Positions 57,411 through 64,000 of a stretch of 64,000 bases of DNA are shown piece by piece. The DNA is from an uncultured Candidatus Saccharibacteria bacterium. Its GTDB lineage: Bacteria > Patescibacteriota > Doudnabacteria > UBA920. Under the pieces are notes generated by a model. That model did not search any database and was not told where the DNA came from. It saw nothing but the letters and a program-made list of their open reading frames with translations. Positions within the stretch are counted from its first letter, which is position 1; the number at the start of each line of letters is the position of its first letter. The translations under genes were made by a program, and so were the position numbers. The stretch spans positions 2,439 through 66,438 of the forward strand of contig CAZKVS010000004.1 in NCBI GenBank assembly GCA_964556325.1. Direction: 5' to 3'.

Positions 57411-57474
57411 TTTTTTCTGCTACAATATATTTAAACCTGACTCAACTCAAGAAATAAAGATTAAATAAAAAAGC

Positions 57475-58605
57475 ATGAAGTTCCTCCAGAGGGTAAGAAA
57501 AGTTAGTTACAGAAATCTTATAAGCAAATTTGTTATTGGCACCTTAGTACTCAGTGGTATTCTCATTGCCCCACACCATGCCGATGCTGCTCAGGTCACT
57601 TCATTTTCTGACACGTTGACCAGGCTTAAGGCAAGCACCAACGCTAACCACGAAATATTTTTTGTGTCCCCAACAGGCATAGCCTCAACCGGCAACATGA
57701 CGCTTACCTTTACTGGTTTCTCTAACGCAACTGTGAACGCCATACTTTTTAGCGATGTTGACTTTGCTACTGGCAGCACCGCTGTTTGTACAAGCGCTGT
57801 TTACACTGAGCAAACTCTGGTTGCCTCTGGCGCCACCTCTGCCCAATGGAATGTGGCCACCGCCAGCCAAGTTATGACCATTACTTCCGGAGGTGCTTCA
57901 GCCACATTGACGGCTAACAAATGTGTTCGCATACGTATTGGAACCAACGCGACCAACCAAACAACTGGTGTAAACCAAATCCAAAACAATACGGCCGGCA
58001 CAGCTACTATCGCTGTCGGTGGTGGATTTGGAGACACTGGCACTATCGCTATACCTATTATCTCAAACGACCAGGTTACCATAAGCGCTACTGTAGACCC
58101 AACTATAACATTCTCTATTTCGCAAACCACAGTAAGCTTTGGCTCCCTTTCTGCTGCCACTGGTCGCTGGGCCACAAACGCCGGTGGCGCAAACGCCTCC
58201 GCAGCCACCGACCCTACAGCAGCCAACACCGCACATACCCTGACTGTTGGGACCAATGCAAGCAGTGGGTATACAGTCACATATAACGGCGCCCTTCTCA
58301 CAAGCGGCGCAAACACTATAGCAGCTGCTACTATCACTGGGGACAGCGATGGAACTGTAAACTCCAACCAATTTGCACTCTGCGGAAAAGGCACTTCTGG
58401 TAGCCCAACAGTTGCCTCTGGATATGTTTGTGGTACCAACAGCGACTATAACTTTGTAGCCGGCACAACAACAACGCTCGCGAGCGCAACTGCCCCCGCC
58501 AGCAGCGATGTGGTAAGCGTCGCCTATCTTGCCAACATTGCCAGCTCAAAACCGGCTGGTACATACACAACCACCCTCACTTACGTTGCCACGGGAAACT
58601 TTTAA
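57475..58605 (+). CDS. Secreted Thr/Ala/Ser-rich WxL/fimbrial-like subunit
   Basis: Signal peptide; C-terminal PAGTYTTTLTYVATGNF. Confidence 0.65.
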   Translation: MKFLQRVRKVSYRNLISKFVIGTLVLSGILIAPHHADAAQVTSFSDTLTRLKASTNANHEIFFVSPTGIASTGNMTLTFTGFSNATVNAILFSDVDFATGSTAVCTSAVYTEQTLVASGATSAQWNVATASQVMTITSGGASATLTANKCVRIRIGTNATNQTTGVNQIQNNTAGTATIAVGGGFGDTGTIAIPIISNDQVTISATVDPTITFSISQTTVSFGSLSAATGRWATNAGGANASAATDPTAANTAHTLTVGTNASSGYTVTYNGALLTSGANTIAAATITGDSDGTVNSNQFALCGKGTSGSPTVASGYVCGTNSDYNFVAGTTTTLASATAPASSDVVSVAYLANIASSKPAGTYTTTLTYVATGNF

Positions 58606-58620
58606 CCACTTTTAATAACC

Positions 58621-59625
58621 GTGTCAAAAACACACTCATTTTATAAAATTTTTACTATCAGCAGCCTTTTGCTGATAGTTTTTATTACACTCCCCAGCAC
58701 CGCTACTGCAACTACCATGTCACCGGTGCGCCTAGAACTCACAGCAAACCCGGGTGAAACTGTACAAACATCGGTCAAAGTCATAAACGAAACCCAAAAC
58801 TCTCAGGTACTGTACACAGCAACGCTAAACTTCGAACCAAAAGGAGATGAAAGCGGAGAGCCCAACTTTATATCCACCAAAGACGGACTCGCTGCATGGA
58901 CCAAAGCACCGAACTCCATTACACTAGGCCCAAAAGAACAAAAAACTATACCAGTCAGCATACAAATCCCCGCCGACACCGAACCAGGGGGGTACTTTGG
59001 TGCAGTATTTACCTCCAGCACCCCACCCAAAGAGAACGGGAGTGGAAGTGTAATGTTAACGGAACGCGTAGGCAGTCTTATATTGCTACGGGTCAATGGC
59101 GACCTAGCCGATTCCGGGGATATTCTTGAATTTAACACCAAAGACAAGTCCTACTGGCACACCTATTTGCCGATTAATTTATTCTACCGCTTTCAAAATA
59201 GCGGCCTAGACCGTGTCAGACCCCTGGGGGATGTGCTTATAAAAAACTGGTTTGGTAGAACTACCAAAATATTTGAAGCAAACCCAGAAGGCGGCAACGT
59301 ACTGCCAAAGAGTATTCGTCGGTTTAATATCAGCTGGAATAATGCTGATACGCAGGACGATCCAGCAGCGCTGAGCGGTTTCTGGAGCAAAGTACGTTAC
59401 CAAATACAGCACTTCGCCCTTGGCCCTTACACAATTCAGCTCAACTTAGCCTACGGGACAGGCTCATTGCACGCCGCAACTGCATCGGTAAAAGTTTTTA
59501 TGTTCCCCTGGCAGCTTGTGTTGGTAAGCACCATTAGCATTCTGCTGGCGTTCTTTATATCCCGTTTCTGTATTCGTCGTTACAACCGCTGGATAATAGG
59601 CAAAGCATCCAAAGCAAAAAGATAG
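58621..59625 (+). CDS. DUF916/WxL-interacting-protein-like membrane-anchored protein
   Basis: SPVRLEL...PGE...IPADTEPGGYFG...FQNSG...P-x-G...NVLPKSIRRF...FPW plus TM. Confidence 0.7.
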   Translation: MSKTHSFYKIFTISSLLLIVFITLPSTATATTMSPVRLELTANPGETVQTSVKVINETQNSQVLYTATLNFEPKGDESGEPNFISTKDGLAAWTKAPNSITLGPKEQKTIPVSIQIPADTEPGGYFGAVFTSSTPPKENGSGSVMLTERVGSLILLRVNGDLADSGDILEFNTKDKSYWHTYLPINLFYRFQNSGLDRVRPLGDVLIKNWFGRTTKIFEANPEGGNVLPKSIRRFNISWNNADTQDDPAALSGFWSKVRYQIQHFALGPYTIQLNLAYGTGSLHAATASVKVFMFPWQLVLVSTISILLAFFISRFCIRRYNRWIIGKASKAKR

Positions 59626-59690
59626 ACCTTCTCACATATACCCCACAATCAACGTGGGGTATTTTTTACATCCATGATAAAATTAACTAT

Positions 59691-60788
59691 ATGCGAAGCT
59701 TGAAGAAATTATTTTTATACATAAGTGTAGCGCTTGTAAGCGTCCTACCTTTTCCCACTCTTGCGGAAACGCTTTCGAGTTCAAATTATTCCGTAGAAAA
59801 TCCCTCTGTGGACGTGGGCGGCCAGCTCTCCAACTCAACCAACTATACTTCCCGCGACTCTATCGGAGGCAGCAACGACTCAGCCGCCACTTCTACAAAC
59901 TACAAAATATTCCCTGGGTTTATGCAGCACGCCTACCCTGGCGTCCCCGCTCAACCAACGCTTACAAACACCGGTGGCGTGCTCTATAACGCATTAGATT
60001 TTATTATGGCCACAGGAGCAGGCCAACAAACAGATACTGTCTATGCTATAGCTATTTCCAGCGACAGCTTTACCACTACTAACTTTATACAGGCAGACGA
60101 CACCGTAGGTAGCACTGCCGTATGGCAAAGCTATATTTCCTGGGGTTCAGGCACGGGACAACGCGTAACTGGCTTAGTTCCCAACACAACCTATCAAATA
60201 AAAGTAAAAGCCCGCTATGCAGCAGACACTGAGACCGCTTATTCTCTAACTGCAAGCGCAACAACAGGCGGCCCCACACTCACCGTATCATTCAGTGGAG
60301 TAAACTCGGGCACAGTTGTCGCCGGAGCCACAACGACAGTAACCAGCGCGGCCAACTCCATAACCTATGGATCGCTCACACCGAGCGTGACCGCTGTTGC
60401 AGCCCAGACAATTACCGTAAGCACCAATGCCACAGGCGGTTATACCACCACACTGCAACAAGACGGCAATCTTCGAAACAATAACGGCGATGCTATTAGC
60501 GCCACCACCGGATCCAACGCTTCCCCTGCGGCTTGGCCAACCGGCATTACCGCGGGCTATTTTGGCTATCATACAACCGATAGCAGCCTCTGCACTGGTA
60601 CCACCAGCCGTTTTTCCAGTAACAATACCTACGCTGCCGCAACTACGACACCTGCTGAAATTGCCTGCTCAACAACTACGGCAGCCAACGAGCAAACTTC
60701 TATCGTATACAAAGTCGAGGTGGGCACCTTACAAGATGCGGGAACCTACCAAAATATAATTACCTATATTACTACAGCTCAGTTCTAA
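59691..60788 (+). CDS. Secreted Fn3 plus WxL/fimbrial-like subunit
   Basis: LSSSNY repeats; VTGLVPNTTYQIKVKA; C-terminal AGTYQNIITYITTAQF. Confidence 0.65.
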   Translation: MRSLKKLFLYISVALVSVLPFPTLAETLSSSNYSVENPSVDVGGQLSNSTNYTSRDSIGGSNDSAATSTNYKIFPGFMQHAYPGVPAQPTLTNTGGVLYNALDFIMATGAGQQTDTVYAIAISSDSFTTTNFIQADDTVGSTAVWQSYISWGSGTGQRVTGLVPNTTYQIKVKARYAADTETAYSLTASATTGGPTLTVSFSGVNSGTVVAGATTTVTSAANSITYGSLTPSVTAVAAQTITVSTNATGGYTTTLQQDGNLRNNNGDAISATTGSNASPAAWPTGITAGYFGYHTTDSSLCTGTTSRFSSNNTYAAATTTPAEIACSTTTAANEQTSIVYKVEVGTLQDAGTYQNIITYITTAQF

Positions 60789-60791
60789 AAT

Positions 60792-61751
60792 ATGCGCATT
60801 CATCGCCTACAACACATTCTAGCGCTTGGATTCTTGGTTATGGCCCTCTTGGGCCTTGCCCACAAAAAAACTAATGCCCAGGAGCAAGAATTAATCGTGC
60901 AAGGCGTCCGAGTTTCGCCGTTTATCTTTGAACAAAGCTTAGAAAAAGGTCATTCTTTTAAAGGCGAAGTTACGCTCAGCAACACGACCAACTCCCCTAT
61001 AACCTTAGCCCTGGCAATACAAGATTTTATTCCCGCGGGAAGACATGGAGAGGTGCGTTTTTTACCTACCAACGAGCAGTCAGATGTTCACTTTTCACTC
61101 ACCGATTGGGTACAAATCACAACTCAGCCGAACTACACTCTCGCTCCTGGAGCTACCACCAAAACCGGCTTTACGGTAACAGCGCCTGTGGACGCCGACG
61201 ACAGCACACACTACGGAGGAATTGTGTTTTCGTTCAATAATGGTAAAACAGAAAATGGAACGGCAGTCATTCAAAGCGTGGGCGCCCTCCTCATTGTAAA
61301 AATTGGCCACTCAAATGGCCAAGGCACTATCCAAAGCTTTACCACCCCAAAACACCTCTATACAAACAGCTACGTCCCCTTCACTGTAGATTTTAATAAT
61401 ACGGGCAATACCCACTTGAGCCCAAAAGGTAAAATTGAAATATACAATGCTTTCAAAAAGCTTGTAGGCGTGGCATATATAAACAAAGATGCTCAAATTA
61501 GCCTCCCAAACACCGTCCGACAATTTGACAGCGACTACCAAGGCGGCTTTATGCTGGGTAAATACACAGCCAGCTTAACTATGTATTTCGGCAACCCCAA
61601 GCTAGAAGCTCGAAGCGTAGTGCAGTTTTGGGTCATACCGTGGAAGCCAATAATTAAAGCAATAAGCCTGACCATTCTCTGTGTTGCACTGCTCACTCTG
61701 GCTATTATCCGCTATAATACTTGGGTCATTAAAAAAGCTCGAAAAAAATGA
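60792..61751 (+). CDS. DUF916/WxLIP-like membrane-anchored protein
   Basis: VSPFIFE...APVDADDSTHYGG...FNNTGNTH...P-x-G...LPNTVRQF...IPW plus TM. Confidence 0.7.
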   Translation: MRIHRLQHILALGFLVMALLGLAHKKTNAQEQELIVQGVRVSPFIFEQSLEKGHSFKGEVTLSNTTNSPITLALAIQDFIPAGRHGEVRFLPTNEQSDVHFSLTDWVQITTQPNYTLAPGATTKTGFTVTAPVDADDSTHYGGIVFSFNNGKTENGTAVIQSVGALLIVKIGHSNGQGTIQSFTTPKHLYTNSYVPFTVDFNNTGNTHLSPKGKIEIYNAFKKLVGVAYINKDAQISLPNTVRQFDSDYQGGFMLGKYTASLTMYFGNPKLEARSVVQFWVIPWKPIIKAISLTILCVALLTLAIIRYNTWVIKKARKK

Positions 61752-62722
61752 AGTCTCTAAATAAAATATGTACCCTTCTCGGACTCGGGCTACTTTGCGC
61801 AATAGTACCACTACAGGCCCAGGCCTTAACTGCGTCCCCGATTAAAGTTGAACTCAACACAGACCCCGGTAAAACTACTACCTCCCAGTTCAAGCTATAT
61901 AACGAGGGCAAAACTACCGAAACATTTTATATTCTCGCCCAAAACTTTGAAGCAAAAGGTGAGGACGGCACACCAACACTAGTGTCGGGCACTGACGGTC
62001 TTGCGGGCTGGATAGAACCAATAAATTCGGTTACGATCGGGCCAAAAGAATATAAAACCATACCACTTGCCATAACAGTGCCAAAATCCGCGGAGCCAGG
62101 AGGCTACTTTGCCGCCATACTTTCTTCTACAGTACCACCCGTAAGCAAGGGCAACCAAAACGTGCTCTTAGAAGGCCAAGTAGGGACCCTAGTTCTTTTA
62201 CAGGTAAATGGAGACTTTCAACAAGGGGCGCACATTTTAGAGTTTGGCACTAGCTCAAAGTCTAGCTGGTTTACTTCGCTCCCCGTTGAGTTCTATTATC
62301 GCTTTCAAAACGCCGGGGCAAGTTACGAAAAGCCCATCGGAGACCTGCAAATTAAAAATATTTTCGGCGGTACAACCAAAACCATCCCCACCAACTCCGA
62401 TCGGGGCAACGTGCTCCCCAAAAGTATCAGAAGATTTACTACTACGTGGTTTGGCGCCGAAGAAAACGGCAAATTCCCTAAGGGCTTTTTTAACCAGGTC
62501 AGATACGAATGGAATAACTTCGCACTGGGAAGATATACCGCCAATCTAAACTTGATTTACGGTAATAGTACGGACCAAACCGCCTTTGCTCACACCGCAG
62601 TCTGGATCTTCCCTTGGCAGCTTATACTGACCGTACTTGTCACCGCTATAGTAGTATTTGGCTTATCTATAAGCATTGCAGCCCTCATAATTTTACGTAT
62701 ACTAAAAAAGCGGCGTAAATAA
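61748..62722 (+). CDS. DUF916/WxLIP-like membrane-anchored protein (close paralog of 58621..59625)
   Basis: SPIKVEL...VPKSAEPGGYFA...FQNAG...GNVLPKSIRRF...FPW plus TM. Confidence 0.7.
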   Translation: MKSLNKICTLLGLGLLCAIVPLQAQALTASPIKVELNTDPGKTTTSQFKLYNEGKTTETFYILAQNFEAKGEDGTPTLVSGTDGLAGWIEPINSVTIGPKEYKTIPLAITVPKSAEPGGYFAAILSSTVPPVSKGNQNVLLEGQVGTLVLLQVNGDFQQGAHILEFGTSSKSSWFTSLPVEFYYRFQNAGASYEKPIGDLQIKNIFGGTTKTIPTNSDRGNVLPKSIRRFTTTWFGAEENGKFPKGFFNQVRYEWNNFALGRYTANLNLIYGNSTDQTAFAHTAVWIFPWQLILTVLVTAIVVFGLSISIAALIILRILKKRRK

Positions 62723-63074
62723 AGGCATAATTACAAAAACGATAAAAGAGCTCACCATGAGCTCTTTTAATTTTAAACAACATATAAAAGCCGCATATTT
62801 AAGCCAAGCCAACTTTGATATAGCACTCCTCCAGGAATACCCATAACCTACCAAAACAACTTAAAATCAATCTTATTTAAGCGCTTTATATCTATTGACT
62901 TTAGCAAAAATATGTGCTAAAATACTTATATGTTTTGTTAGGTTATGTGAGCAAAATATCTTACTATTACCTACCAAAAATCTTAGGTCGAAACAAAAAA
63001 CTCAACAAAAATTAAAAAACTCTTATATAAGCGGTATTCATTCTATACCGGCCAAAATAAGACAAAAAAATAAA

Positions 63075-63275
63075 ATGCCACAAAATCAAATGCCTGAGCT
63101 TCTTACACTCAAAGAAGCATGTGAGTTACTACGCGTACATGCAAATACCCTACGAAACTGGGAACGCGACGGTAAACTCCAAACTATTCGTATTGGTGCC
63201 CGCCGAGATCGACGCTTTACCAAAGCAAGTCTTGAGCAGTTTTTCCAAACGAGCAACCAAGTTATAGCCGCCTAA
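63075..63275 (+). CDS. HTH_17 (excisionase/MerR-like) DNA-binding protein
   Basis: LLTLKEACELLRVHANTLRNWERDGKL...RIGARRDRRF. Confidence 0.82.
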   Translation: MPQNQMPELLTLKEACELLRVHANTLRNWERDGKLQTIRIGARRDRRFTKASLEQFFQTSNQVIAA

Positions 63276-63434
63276 ATTCTAGGTTGGTTTTATTTGTGCT
63301 CAAAATCAAAAAATTCAAACCAAAGCAACCACCGATGCACAGATGTCTCAGATAACGCTGATTGAAGCCAAAATTCGCTTTCAATCTACGTAATACATCT
63401 AATCTGCGCACCTGCGGTCAAACAAAAATCAAAG

Positions 63435-64000
63435 GTGTACCCACCCAAACTGAAATTTAAATTTACTTTTCGGAAGCATACTAAGTCGTATGCTCTTTTG
63501 GCGTTAATCGCCACTGCACTCAGCTGGGTACCCATCAATACAAACGTCGCGCAAGCAACTGTGCCAAAATATGTAAACTTCCAAGGCAAACTTACAAAAG
63601 TTTCCGACGGCACCAACGTTACCAATGGTAGCTATGCTTTTGAATTTAAATTATACGACGCCAGCACAAGCGGGACTTTACTTTGGACAGAAACCTACGA
63701 CCAACCAAGTGGCGCATGTACCAAACTTGTGGTAACGAGCGGCGTCTTCAATGCCAAGCTTGGATCCTGTGCCTCCTTGTCTGGCATAGATTTTACTGGG
63801 GGTTCCATATACCTCAGCGTAAACTTTGCTCCAACAGGCGTAAGCTACGATGGTGAAATGTCACCTCGGAAGCAACTCGTTGCCGCACCCTTTGCCCTGG
63901 TCGCCAACAGCGTATCCGGCGACGGACCCGTTAATACGGTAAACTCTTCTGCTACGGCCTTAACCGTAGCCAAGTCCGGAAGTAACTATGGCCTCCAAGT
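63435..64000 (+). CDS. N-terminus of a large secreted surface protein (truncated by the window)
   Basis: Read by hand from GTG 63435: signal peptide, then VPKYVNFQGKLT...NGSYAFEFKLYDASTSGTLLWTETY...GVFNAKLG...EMSPRKQL. Confidence 0.75.
   Translation, partial: MYPPKLKFKFTFRKHTKSYALLALIATALSWVPINTNVAQATVPKYVNFQGKLTKVSDGTNVTNGSYAFEFKLYDASTSGTLLWTETYDQPSGACTKLVVTSGVFNAKLGSCASLSGIDFTGGSIYLSVNFAPTGVSYDGEMSPRKQLVAAPFALVANSVSGDGPVNTVNSSATALTVAKSGSNYGLQ

Noticed and set aside
55133-58570. Long antisense ORFs within the surface-protein genes
   Set aside because: Expected shadows of Thr/Ala/Gly-rich coding sequence, with no recognisable motifs
63075-63275. Prophage or ICE marked by an excisionase-like HTH
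   Set aside because: No integrase or phage structural genes in the window; the context is a surface-protein cluster

Overview
A 64-kb chromosomal segment of a Patescibacteria (CPR)-type bacterium using the standard genetic code. The assignment is inferred from tandem CPR-type pilins, PaaX/Cas2-like proteins, a short S1, tRNA-Ile(UAU) and a WxL/DUF916-like surface cluster. Housekeeping genes include galU, comM, lspA, recA, ftsK, rnhB, rlmH, infB-rbfA-nrnA, rpsA, gyrA, rsmI, yebC-ruvC, tyrS, PBP1A and jag-yidC-yidD-rnpA-rpmH, plus 12 intact tRNAs. The most unusual signals are non-coding. (1) A ~120-nt conserved, covarying element occurs as 3 full copies plus 1 partial copy just behind tRNA 3' ends, each bracketed by an antisense and a sense copy of its own host tRNA's T-arm/3' end. 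(2) A different ~100-bp double-hairpin element duplicates tRNA 5' ends. (3) A ~550-nt highly structured RNA candidate at 8600-9150 is bounded by a promoter and a terminator. (4) A PaaX/Cas2-like gene is framed by two 36-bp palindromes. (5) A pseudoknot plus terminator lies in the rpsA leader. No CRISPR array, transposase, integrase or rRNA gene was seen. All calls come from reading motifs by eye; no database searches were run.
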